DNA from: Lama glama
Taxonomy: Eukaryota
Length of the DNA: 64,000 nt
Assembly (NCBI GenBank): GCA_028534125.1
Contig: CM052825.1
Coordinates: 6,758,001 to 6,822,000 of the forward strand
Direction of reading: 5' to 3'
Below the pieces are notes generated by a model. The model did no database searches, was not told the origin of the DNA, and was given only the letters and a program-made list of their open reading frames with translations. A program made the position numbers and the translations under genes. This document shows positions 26,410 through 37,430 of this stretch, piece by piece. The number at the start of each line of letters is the position of its first letter. The first letter of the stretch is position 1.

Positions 26410-26926
26410 CGGCCTCTTTCTGAAAAGCAGCTTAAGGTCTGTTAGGGGTTCACTTGCCCACTTGAAGGAGTCGGCGTAGGGGGTCTGGAACCAGCCAAGG
26501 TTTAGATGATCTCTGTCCACCGTTGTCCTCTGCAGCTTACTTTCCATTTCCCATCACATTCCTCACAAGGTCTAGTCCAGGAAGGATGGAACTGGTCTTC
26601 TGGATGTTTATTCTTCCAAGATTTCTGTGTAGAGATTCATTGTCTCCTCCTCTGAGAGCTTCCTAAAGTGGTTTTGCTCTGAGTCCAAAGTTGGGGCTCC
26701 AAATGCAGCAGAACCCAGTTATTCCCAGGAATCCCCACAATTGCCTCCTGATGGTGGGAACTGCAGCCCTGGCTAGAGCTTCCCTCCCGTCAGGGAGCAA
26801 GTCTTGGTCCTTCTGGTAGTTCAAAACCCCAGTATTTTAACAGAAGACTTAGAACTCTGTCCCCTTTTACTTGGACACCTTAGAGCCTCATTCAACCCAA
26901 AAGTTCAAAGTCAAGACTGTATTCTG
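26410..26926 (-). pseudogene. pol: Deleted pol remnant (RT C-terminal part joined to the integrase C-terminal end) of provirus B
   Basis: Minus-strand translation gives GSKVSK..VKILG..AAVPTIRRQLWGFLGITGFCCIWSPNFGLRAKPL*EAL, then EPLTDLKLLFRK. The YXDD region, RNase H and IN core are absent. Confidence 0.75.
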
Positions 26927-27229
26927 AAACACAAATGAATTTACTTACAAAACAGAAATAGGCTCCCAGACAGGAAAACAAACTTATGGTTTCCAGAGGG
27001 AAAGGGGGTGGGAAGGGATAAATTGGCATTTCGGGATTTGCACATACTATTATATGTAAGATAGATAAACAGGTTTCTACTGTATAGCATAGGGAACTAT
27101 ATTCAGTATCTTGTAGCAATCTATAATGAAAAATAATATGAAAATGAATGTATGTATGACAAACATTATGCTGTACACCAGAAATTGACACATTGTAAAC
27201 TGACTATACTTCAATTAAAACAAAAAAAA
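26927..27229 (+). mobile_element. Young L1 3'UTR fragment inserted in the ERV protease region
   Basis: acaaatgaatttacttacaaaacagaaatag..aacaaacttatggtttccagagggaaagggggtggg..ctgtatagcatagggaactatattcagtatcttgta..gctgtacaccagaaattgacacattgtaaactgactatacttcaattaaaa plus an A tail. Confidence 0.85.
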
Positions 27230-27237
27230 TGGCCAGA

Positions 27238-27380
27238 GGGGAGGGTATAGCTCAAATGGTAGAGCGCATGCATAGCATGCATGAGGTCCTGGGTTCAATC
27301 GCCAGTACCTCCTCTAAATAAATAAATAAGCCTAATTACCCCCAAAAAAATTTTTTTTAAAAATAGTCTATTAAAAAAAA
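27238..27380 (+). mobile_element. tRNA-derived SINE (Vic-1-like) at the L1 tail
   Basis: GGGGAGGGTATAGCTCAAATGGTAGAGCGCATGCATAGCATGCATGAGGTCCTGGGTTCAATCGCCAGTACCTCC..cctaattaccccc. Confidence 0.9.
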
Positions 27381-27559
27381 CTGTACTTCAATTTAAAAAA
27401 AAATTTTTTTTTTAATGGCTAAGTGGCCCACTGTCATAGTCACCCGGGACTCCACATGAGAGATGTTGACAGGCTCGGGATTTAAAGGAGCCTCTGGGCC
27501 TCCTCATCCTCGGCTGCTGACTTGCTCAGTTAGCTCAGGCATCCAGTGTGCCACCTGTT

Positions 27560-28892
27560 GTTTACCTTCTTCCAGAATCTTAGGATGGGACGTATTTCCA
27601 GTGTCCCTCCTGTTTGCAAATGTACATTGGCAGGGTGCCACTATCGGGTGCCCTGTTTGAGTGGAAGCTTGGGGCTTCGTACTTGTTGCCGAGTCCCTCG
27701 TGGCGGGTCCTCCATCTGGTCCTGCCCTTCCCTGTGTTACGGCAGCCGCCAGCGGAGTGGTCTGCTGTGTTATTCTCTATTGCTCCCTTTTCTCCTGAAC
27801 TGGTCCTCGCCGTTTGAAAATGTAGACACTTTCAGCAAGTTGAAACATGGACATCCCTAAAGCCCCTTCCACCTTTTGCAGCTTCTTTGGCATATCGGGG
27901 GCGCTCTGATCAATGAAGTTCATGTTAACCATCTTTAAATTCTCTGGCGCCTCAGAGTCTCTGTATGTTGCCTCCAGGCTTTAAATGGCCCTTTGTAGAA
28001 ATTCTGAAGGACCCTTATTTGGTTTGTTTTATCTCCTGTTCTTTATTGAAGCATTTTTGTTTTGTCACCCCTCTTCCCAAGCCTGCAAAAATGCAGTCCC
28101 CATAATGCTCAAGTTTTAGCCCACCTCCAGCATTCCTGTCCCAATCAGGACCCACCGTTGGTACAACCATGCTTGCAGCAGCCTGTACTGGGTGGCCAGG
28201 GGTTTCTGTGTGAAGCCCATGTGTCTCCTCCGGAGGTTTATCCAGCACCACTCAACATTCTTCTGACGTGAGGACGCTGTTTAATCAATTTTGAACATCT
28301 GCCCAGGTTAGCTGTGGGTTGTCCAAAAAGAAAAAAAAAATTTCCATTTTCTTTGGGTCTTCTCTGTAAGTTGGCATATTGTTCCAACTAAATAAATCCC
28401 AAGTTGAAAAGGGAGAGTGGACCCAGATCCATCCCACTGGCTGCCCAGTCTCAGCGCTCACTCCCCATTGGGCACTTGCCTGAATGGTTATTGCCCAGCC
28501 TGAGTTTGGGTGGCTCTCTGGCCAAATCTAGTGTCCTGGTGGGTACCAGAAGAGGAGGCATCACTCCTTCTCCATCTTCAGAGACTGGAGGGCCTCCAAG
28601 CCTGAGGCTGTGGCCCAGGAGCCAGCAATGAAGCAACAGCAGCACCATCACGTGGGGGTGGAGGACGGGTGGTTGGAGGGTTCAGCTGAAGCACCAGCAA
28701 GTTGCCCTCCTTTTCATAAGAATCAAGCAAGACGGGTTTCTTTGCCTTCCCTTCCCACTGGGCCATAACCTTACATCTTTGCACAGGTTTATCCTGATGC
28801 AGTAACATAAAGGGCTGTACGTAAGGCATTTCATCCCATTTTTCTTCCCACTTAACAAAGTCTAGTTGCAAAATTGTAACTGAAAGATCCAT
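27560..28892 (-). pseudogene. gag: Frameshifted gag (MA, CA p30, NC zinc knuckle) of provirus B
   Basis: ORFs 28578..28892 (MA-like ILQLDF..KWDEMPYVQPF) and 28015..28251 (CA-like VPTVGPDWDRN..LEHYGDCIFAGL). Multiple stops and frameshifts lie between them. Confidence 0.85.
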
Positions 28893-30118
28893 TTTCAGGC
28901 TCTTTTGCTCCAGACTCTAAAGGATATCGTGGCAAAAAGACACAAAAACCAAAAACACACAGGATCTAACAGCAGAGCCCTGGGCCTCCAGACCAGGAAT
29001 GGGATATGTCAGCAACTGAAACCTTTTATATTTTCTACCAGAATCCTGCCTGCCAGATAGGCCCCGACCCACGATCTGGACAGGAATGCCAAACAATCTA
29101 GGCACAAAAGACGTCCAAACCCAGAGCCCCCAAACCGTTTCTTTGCTACGAAACAAAACTAAGCACAGAAGGTCCCCGCGTCTCACCGAGGAAACCCAGG
29201 TGGGACACAGCCCCGGCGGCATAAACCAACGAGGCAGCGGCTCCAATTCACAAGACTCATGATACCAGCAAGGGGCCGACAAGCCACAGGCAAAAGGTCC
29301 ATCTTACCCTCTGGCTGGCCCACCACATTTCTCACCGAACCTAGTTCCCTTGCCCAACACGCAGCAGGCCAAAATGCTGAGATGCCGAGGTTTGCCTCAG
29401 AGAGTCTGCTCCCAAGGCAGCCAAGCGAGAAGACAAAAACAGATCTCAGATCTGCCTCCCTGAAGGCAAAAAGCTCATGATATTTATGGGCTAACGAATA
29501 AAGCAGCAGGGTGGTGTGAGGCATGGGGAAAGCGGGGAAGATTGAGAAAAGGTGGGGTCATGGTCATTGTGCACAGGTGTAACTCAGCTACAGGCTTCTG
29601 CACGTTAAAAAATGTAGGCGCTCAGCATGATCTGAGGGTGGTCGTTTGACGTGAAAAGGTCACCAAGTAGACACACACGCAGGCCCATGTGGAGGGTCAG
29701 TGGTGCTATCCAGCCTTAACCAGCTCAGCTCAAACCAGACCAGCTGACCCTAAGTTCCTGGAGAACAACTCGGGCAAACATCTTATTGTTAGGCTCCGTG
29801 CGTTTGGGGGACGTGCAGGTCTTTAAATGAACGACTTGATTCGTGAAGGCAGGTGAAGCGGATCTGACTAAGTCACCCAGCAAGGTGGTGGTGGAGCTGG
29901 CACGTGAACCTGGGCAGCGTGACTCCAGCATCCGTCCTCCTGGCCCCGGCCCACTGTGCTGTGCCGCTTTGGGGAGGGGCTGCACAGAGCCCAAACCTGA
30001 CAGGCAGAGTGCCAAGGCTGAAGGCTGCTCCTTTAATGAGCCCCCCCCCCGAGTGGAAGTGGTGCATGTGTGTGTATGCATAACAATATAATAGTGTTAT
30101 AATATGTAGTTTTAAATA

Positions 30119-30726
30119 CAGTCGCTCCTTGTGGTCCACAGGCTCTATTTTTGTGAATTGGCCCATTCACTCAGTTTTATCAGTAACCGCCCCAAAATCA
30201 GTACTCAAGTGCTTTTGCAGCCCTCTGCAGACATGTGCAGAGCGATGAAAATTTGAGTTGCCTGATGCACGCGTTCCCAACTGAGGCCAAACAAGGCAAC
30301 ACTCTGCCTTCCTGCTTCAGCTCAAATTTATCTATTTAATGGCAGAGTTTTGCATTTTTGTGCTTTTTCTTGATTTTGCCATTTAAAATGGCCCCAGAGC
30401 ACCATGTTTAGGTGCCACCCGGTGTTCCTAAGCTCAGGGAAGCTGGGGTGTGTCTTAGGGCAGCTTCTCTCAGGCTGTGAGTTCAGCGTTAATAAATCAC
30501 TGTTACATATGAATGAGTCTCAGTAATCTCAGTATAACATATTAATGAGATTGTCTTTAAACAGAAATACATACAACAATGCTGTGTGTTGATGGGTTGA
30601 TGCGACCAAAGGCTCACAGAACCCTAACCCCATATTCCCCTGAGCAGGAATGGTTCAGAATTCGCTAATTCAGTGTTTTTGGTGACTTTATAGAACACAA
30701 CTACCTCGAATAATGAGATTTAAGTG
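30119..30726 (-). mobile_element. MER82-like Tigger (Tc1/mariner) non-autonomous element
   Basis: Reverse complement begins cacttaaatctcattattcgaggtagttgtgttctataaagtcacc..cactgaattagcgaattctgaaccatt. The left end CAGT is preceded by TA. Confidence 0.7.
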
Positions 30727-31299
30727 TGTGTGTTTGGAGAGTGAGTGAATGTGCGTGAGCAGCCCTACAATTAGAGATAGATGCCTCCTAAAGCAAGGAC
30801 TCGTGCATTAGTGCTGTACACCCCGGTGCTAACGGTCCTGTATCTCACTGGAGAACCGGGCCGCTGGACTGAGCAGTCCCCAGTGAATGTAGGAGCACGG
30901 AGGCCACCCGGAAACCCAGCGCTCCCCACCTCTCCTTAGACCTCATCCTCTCCTAGTATATTCACTCTCCCGCTTTCTAAAAGGCATTTTCCGTGTCCTC
31001 CCTCCCAGACCTCCCCCCCAACCCCCACTGGGGAACTGTGGAGAAAGCAGAAGCCTCAGGCCAACCCCTCAAGTCCCCATCACTTCATCCCCCGCCCACA
31101 GCGACGGAGCCAGTGCACCCTGCCCTCCGCTCCTACAGTGCAGAACACGCCCCATCCCGGTCTCCTGGCCCCTTCCCAGTAGCCAGCAGCCCAGCTCTCC
31201 CATGGTGAAGCAGCAGAACAGAAGCCCTTGTTCCGTGTGCTCCTGTAACTGCCCCTCCCCTGCCGCCCCCCACATGCATCTCCTCCCCTTCTCAGCCAG

Positions 31300-33230
31300 A
31301 CTCCAAGTTTTCTGTTTGCTGCCACCTCTTGCCTCTCATCCCTCTCAAAGATTTCATCCCCGTCAAGCCCCTGAAATCCTCCTAGTCTCGCCAAATCCAG
31401 CCCGTTGGTGGCCTTCTCTTCAGCTTTTCACTCTTCTGCTAGCATTCCTGATGGCACCGCCTTCTGGCTGGCTTTCTGCCTTTCCCTTGCTTGCTTCCCG
31501 TCTGCACAAACTCTAAATATTGGGGTGACCCAGAGCGCGGTCTTCTCCTGGCAATCCTCAGGTCCCAGGAGATTAATCTGTGGCTCTGAACACCAGCCTC
31601 ACTGGTGTCTTCTAAGTCTGTGGCTTCAACTTCCCTTTGGAGCCCCAGACTCGCATCCACCCAGATGTCTCCCCTTGGCTGTCCAATGGGCACCTCGAGC
31701 TTAATATAAGAAAAACTTGATTTTCGCCCCCTAAGCACGTGCCTCCTCTATCTTCCCAGCTTGGTAAATTGCACCACATCCACACAGTTGCTTGAGGTTC
31801 TAACCAAAGAGTCAGGCTCATCCTTGGTTCCTGTTTTTCTCAGCCCCTCCCACATCCATCCATCTCACTAGACCTGTTCTTGGTCATGGCCTCTGCTTCG
31901 TTCACCCTGGTCCACACCACCAGCAACTCTAGCTTGGATGGATGCTGTGGCCTCTTTCTATTCATGCTCCCTGCAACCGAGTCACCCTGAAACCAAGTTT
32001 GTCTGCTGAGTTTATGATTAACCTCTCTGTCCAAAACTTCCTACCCTTTCTTGTCCAGCCTCAAGACTGAGGAGCAGCAACGAAAGTGGGGGATTGAAAG
32101 CGAGCAGGACCCTAATGGGGCCCTTCTGGGTACAAAAGCCTTTCCACGTCCCTTGTTTCTTGTTTGTAGAAAAAGGCATTAATATCCTAGACCTTCCCTG
32201 AGTTTCAAAGAGCAGATTCAAGCAGTTACTAATTAGGGAAGGGAGAGAAGGCAAAGACGAAGGAAACAGCCAGCCCAAAGCATCCTAAGGAAAACAGGAG
32301 GGCTAACGGGGAATTAAAATCCTTAACCAGTCACATCGGCTCTGAGTAAGTAATAAAATGCTTCAACCATTTACTTTCACTCTCTCCCAGAAAGAAGTTA
32401 AGGTATCGCAAGACCATGATTTACCAGTCTGCTTTGCAGGAACATAGATCCAACACAATCACCAAGACACATCGCGCCACAAGATGGTGTGGGTACCGAG
32501 AAGTCTGCAGCTGAGGCCTTATGGGGAAGCTGAAATCGGAAAGACTTCCTCCTCTTTACGTTGTTTTTTGTTTGTTTGTTTGTTTTGTTTTGTTTTTGCC
32601 TTTAAAAACCTTGTGCCCTGCCAGCCAGCAAGATGGATGTGAGACAGATCTACATCTCTCATCTTCCGGGTTGGCACCTCCTGGACGAATAAACCTTTCT
32701 CTGCTCCAAACTCTGATGTTTCAGTTTAGCCTCATTGTGTGTCAGGCACAAGGACTTGAGTGCAACAACACCCAGACCCCCAAATCTGTTCACACAGCAG
32801 CCAGGATGATCCTTTAAAAGCAGAAACCAGATCTTGCCACCTCTCTGCGTTAAGTCCCAGATGGCTTCCCTCACACTTAGAATAAGAGCAGAAGGCCTAT
32901 CCAGCCTCTGTCTCCGTCTCTCTGTGCCCACCCTCCCTCACTCTTGCTCCTGATGGCCCCGCCCCAGGGCAGTTCCTGCCTCAGGAACTGCGCCCTGGCT
33001 CTGCCTCTCCCTTCGGCCTCAGCTTTCCACCCACCCACCCCCTCCATCCTCTCATTTCTTCCACAGCTCCATCCCTTGGTCACCTACCTGCGCCCTGCCA
33101 CACCAGCAGCCCCCATGCCCCTGGACCTCCATGACAGTGAGGACATGCTTGTCCTGTTCCCTGCTGAACCCTCCTGCCAGCACAGTGCTTGGGATGTAAT
33201 AGGTGCCCAATAAATGTCACTTAGGTGGCT
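31300..33230 (+). mobile_element. L2 LINE fragment interrupted by an ERV1 LTR
   Basis: L2-like cttggtaaattgcaccacatccacacagttgct.. resumes after the LTR as cacacagcagccaggatgatcctttaaaa.. and ends cacagtgcttgggatgtaataggtgcccaataaatg. Confidence 0.65.
32095..32770 (+). mobile_element. ERV1 LTR (related to element A) with upstream PPT and about 80 bp of internal sequence
   Basis: Starts TGAAAGCGAGCAGGACCC, compared with TGAAACTGAGCAGGATCC for the reverse complement of 24854-24871. It is preceded by the PPT aaagtgggggat, has AATAAA at 32688-32693 and ends ..caaca. Confidence 0.75.
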
Positions 33231-33334
33231 GAGCAAATCTCAGTGACTGAAAGCAAGCAGGTAAGTTGCTCACACCTGAAAAACTGCTCCTACAGCAGGA
33301 AGAACCCAAGGGTAGAGTCTGGAGTTTGCTGTCT

Positions 33335-33503
33335 CGCTGCGCACAGTACCACAGCAGGGGAGGAACCCGTACGAAAAATCCAGACCCCGGCCACGCCCCC
33401 GGCCACTGATTCTTCAGGGATCAGGCCCTGAATACGCATTCTAAGCAGGTACCCCAGAAAACTACCCTGGATACCTGTTACCCAAACCTTGTGAAACACT
33501 GGT
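33335..33503. mobile_element. MER5-like hAT MITE
   Basis: aaaatccagaccccggccacgcccc..tgattc..ggccctgaatacgcattctaagcaggtacccc..gaaacactg. Confidence 0.5.
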
Positions 33504-36429
33504 TTGGAGCATATAAAGTAACATCATTTTAAATCCTCTATTTTCACCATTTATCTTTTGGAGAAAAAATTATTAAACTGAGTTAGAAGTGTGATGTTCT
33601 ATTGACTTTTGGAAACAGGAACATAACTAAATCTGCTTTGCGGGCTGCATGGAAGGAGAGCTGTGTGGAAACCGGTTCCTTTGCCATCATCATAGGAAAC
33701 AGCCCTGTTTTCTCCTTCTCCCCTTTGGAAGTTAATTGATGTTGACTGTTTGACTTACTTGACTGACTCAAGCTACAGTCACCATATATTAACATAGTTC
33801 AGTAAGGTGACCACTCTGAGAAATCAGCGTGGGGCCAGTCCTGAGGCAGTTTTCGTTTTTTTTATTCCCAAGAATGTAACAAATCTTTACAGGACTAAGT
33901 GCTAAATCCAGTGGGTTCCTAAGTGTGCTTTGTTAGACAACACAGTCCTCACCTTCAAGGAGCTCCAGATGCGATCAGGGACACAGGCAAGAAAAAGGTC
34001 AGAGCGGTGTAGCACCAGGTGCGGCGCAGGCAGGGGGCCCAGGCCTCTGGGGTGAGGGGAGGGCAGCTCAGTAACCCAGACCAGAGATGACATGGCCTGA
34101 ATTCAAACAGAGACCAGTAAGGAGAAGGAGAGAGGGGGAGATCTCTTTAGGTGGGAGGACTCACAGGACTTGAAGGGGAGATGGGGAGTCAGGAATGACA
34201 CCAGATCTAGAGATTCACCAGCTGGGTGGGTAGTGGGACCCTCCCTGGGACAGGTGATCCTCGTGGAGTGAGCCCTGCTAGGCTGGGAAGAGATCGGGGC
34301 TGTAGGTGATGATTTGGGAGTCTAGGGAAAGAGGGAGTGGGTGAGGCCAGTCAGGGACAAGTGTAGAGAGAGGGGGACAGACAGCAGAGGAAGCTTCCCA
34401 GGGTGAAAAGTCTGATGGGATCCCAGGAGAAGTGGTTTTCCAGATGGAAGGGGTGCCCAGTAACAGACAGGGCAGCTGGCTTTGGCAGCACAAGGTCAGT
34501 AGACTGCAGATGGCTGAGAGGAAGTGGAGGAAGTGATGACAGCTCTCCTGAGAGGTGTGGCGTGAAGTGGGGAGTGGTGGAGCAGGAGAGGTTGGAAGTG
34601 GAAGGAGGCTGAAGCAGAAAGGAGGCTGAGAGGGAGAAAAGTGGGTCTCTGCGGGGTCGAGGAAGAGGTGGGGGTTGGTAACTGAGTGAGGAAGAAAGGG
34701 TCAGAAATGGGATATTTGAATTTAAGATTCCATAGAGGGTGATCCTAAGGGCTAAGCCAGAGGGATGACCAGCCAAGGGGACAGGACTGATGCGTCTTAT
34801 CCTCTGGATAGGACCTGGGGTAGAGAGGAAAGTGAGGACCACGGTCTTCCCTGAATGAAGGTGCACACAGTGACAAGGAGACTGGGAGGTGGGTGACCCC
34901 TGAGATATGCCTCACGGAACTGGTCTTTTTCAAATGTGGGGTAGTCAGGGCCTTGGGATAGGAAAATGACTCGCCCAGACAAGCAGGCAGGGAAATGACA
35001 GCATAAACTAGAGCCCAGACATCTCAGCTGAGCGGCTGGAACTTGTGGACCTTCACCTGAACCTTCTCCTCGGTGTAACTCCCACTCAACGACCTGGGAA
35101 CCTGAGGGGGCCAACCCCACCGCAACTCTTAATGTTGTGATCATTAAATCTCTCTCCTTCCAACATGGTGGCGTCACCCTGTGTAATCTTACAGGGTGGG
35201 GAAAGTCATTTTCTGGGTTTGGTTAAGAAACTAGCTTTGCAAAGCACTGGTAATTATGACTTAACGTTTCGTTTCTCTTCTGCCCAGACATGCTGGATAA
35301 ATGTGTTGGGGGTGGAGGCATGGCCAACTGGTGTAGGAAGCTTTCTAAAGGATGGGCAGTCCCGGTTCAAGGGTGAGAACTCAAGCAAATGACTGTTGCT
35401 GAAAGAACGTTCATCGATGATGCAACGACTGCAGTTTACAAAGTATTTTCTTTCTGTTTTCTAGTCCATTTTAAGAACAGCTGGAGGTGTGGAAGCCACA
35501 CTGAGATTGTTTTTTTTGAGGACTTTGCTCCCTGAAATTCAACGATCCCTTTCCTGTAGCCATGGTGGGGGAAGGGGAGGTAATCAGACCCCAGGAGTTT
35601 CTTCTGCCCTTTGTTAGGGCAGTTACCAGAGGGAAACTGGCTTAGTCTGCTCTTAAGTGTCCTACTGGATTAAAAGGTACCATTCCAGCTCTCAGCACTG
35701 GCCCCGAAAATGCGTCTTTAAGTATAAATGGGTTTGGCCTGACATCTGCTAACATTTACTCTTCCAATGTCAGAAAACTTGGATTGGCTGACACAAGTGG
35801 AATTTTTCTTTTTTTCTTTCGTTTGGATAAATGTGTCACGGTCCAATGCTGTTATAACAGATGGAAAAATCCTATGTAGGGCACGCAGGAAGGACTCTGA
35901 GGGGCCGTCTGGCATGGGCAGGTTGACAATGAACCCATCTCGCCTCTTACTGAATTAATTCATGTGCACTTCCTGAAAAGAACGTCCTGTCTGAATGTCT
36001 GGGTTGTAAGATCGGAGAGTTCACCGTTACCGGGGAGAGGTTCCCTGCGAATGGAAGGAGCCGGAGGTACGGCAGAAACACTCTCCCCCACCGCCCTCGG
36101 TACGCCAAGCTTGCCGCAGCCGGGTTAGGACCCTGCAGGTCTCGCTGGGCCTGTGGGTGGGGGTGCAGTCTGGGAGACCAGCTCCAGTGAACGCTCTGAC
36201 TAGTGCCACTGTGCACCTGGCAAACTCGGGCGTCGCCGCCCGAACCCTTCCCAAAGAGAGCCTCCCCTACACCCCTTTCTCCCCACATCACCCACTGCCC
36301 GCCCTGTAGTCTGATAACAGGATCCCACCCCTCCACAGAGTCAGTGACCAGTCCTGGGCATCCTCCTGAGTTCACCCTGGGAACCCCGTGCTCCCATTCT
36401 GCACTCAGATCTGCACACCTCTGGCAGAG

Positions 36430-37430
36430 TAGGGCTCACCCTGTCCTGAACGTGCTGGCCAGACCCAGGGGGCAGAGAAAGCACAGCCTCCCTGTTCTGT
36501 CGCGCCGGCGCCCGTGTGACGAGACAGCGAGGGATGCCCAGGCTTCCGCCTCTCCTCGCCGCTGCGGCGCCGATCGCTGCTCATTGCTACCCGCGGCGCA
36601 CCGAGAAACAGAAGAGATGCGCATCGTTGGCGGGTATTCACATCCCAGCCCGGGGTGGTCCTGGTGGGAGCTGCATCCACACCGCAGAGACCCCTGGGCT
36701 CCCCCTCCAGAGGGGCCTTGAGCCCCGCCCCTCCGAGCCACCTGGTCACGTGGCCCGTGGCCCCCACCCACCCCCGCAGACAGGTCACGTGACGGCAGCG
36801 CGCCGTTGCCCGGGCAGCGGCAGCGGTGGGCCGGCGGGGGCGGGGCAGCCGGCGGGGGCGGGGTTGGGGGGACCCCGCGGGACGGGCGGAAGGAGGGAGG
36901 GGGCCGTGCTCGGCGCCCCAGCCGGGCCACGGGGCCACGGGGCCACAGGGCCACACGGCCACGCCAGCGCCGCCTGCCGCGAGCCCGAGCCGGAACTGGA
37001 GCCGGGCCGGGCGGGCAGCGCAGCTCGGTGAGTGCTCGCCGTGGGGGGTCTGGCGGGGGCAGTGGGATCCCTGCCCCGGCGAGAGGGGACCGGAATTTCA
37101 CCAGGGAGACTCGACGAGGGAGGGAATGGGCTTCCTCCTGGGCAGGCTTGGGACGCGACGGCTGCCGAGTTGGGAGGCAACCAGGTAACCCCGGCCCGGC
37201 GGGATCCCCGGGCGGGTGCGGCGCCGAGACGACTCGGAGATCGGGGGCAAGGGGCGAGTGTGGGTCCTGCGGCTGCTGGGGCTTCCCGAGGGGAAGGCAC
37301 AGGGATGCAGGTGGACTCCTCCGGGAGATCTCGGGGAGGGGGTGCTGCTGGGCCCCTGCCCCGCACGGTGAGACAAAGAGAGTCAGAAACGGCCGTTTTT
37401 GCGTGGCACTCGCCATTGCTCGTGCCCCAG
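36430..37430 (+). promoter_or_regulatory. ORAI2: CpG island promoter and non-coding exon 1 of ORAI2 (donor CTCG|GTGAGT at 37027/37028)
   Basis: Very CpG-rich, with GC boxes, two CACGTG E-boxes (36745-36754, 36784-36793) and a strong splice donor. Confidence 0.8.

Larger units (their letters stand above)
24996..29880 (-). mobile_element. Defective gammaretrovirus-like (ERV1) provirus B: 5'LTR about 29330-29880, PBS-Arg, gag, pro/pol and env remnants, PPT, 3'LTR 24996-25526
   Basis: Two diverged LTR direct repeats (9 differences in 83 nt between 25342-25424 and 29698-29779). PBS TGGTGGGCCAGCCAGAGG (29308-29325) and PPT caaaagataggagggactggaac before TGTGGG. Gag motifs TILQLD..KWDEMPYVQ, PFSTWDLFSW, PDWD, PSEFLQR, FIDQSAPD..KKLQKVEG and CKQEGHWK. 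RT motif RRQLWGFLGITGFCCIW. Confidence 0.9.

Noticed and set aside
35700-35900. Cluster of CCAAT boxes and an NFAT-like TGGAAAA upstream of ORAI2
   Set aside because: Short motifs, no ERSE (CCAAT-N9-CCACG) spacing, and no way to show enrichment by eye.
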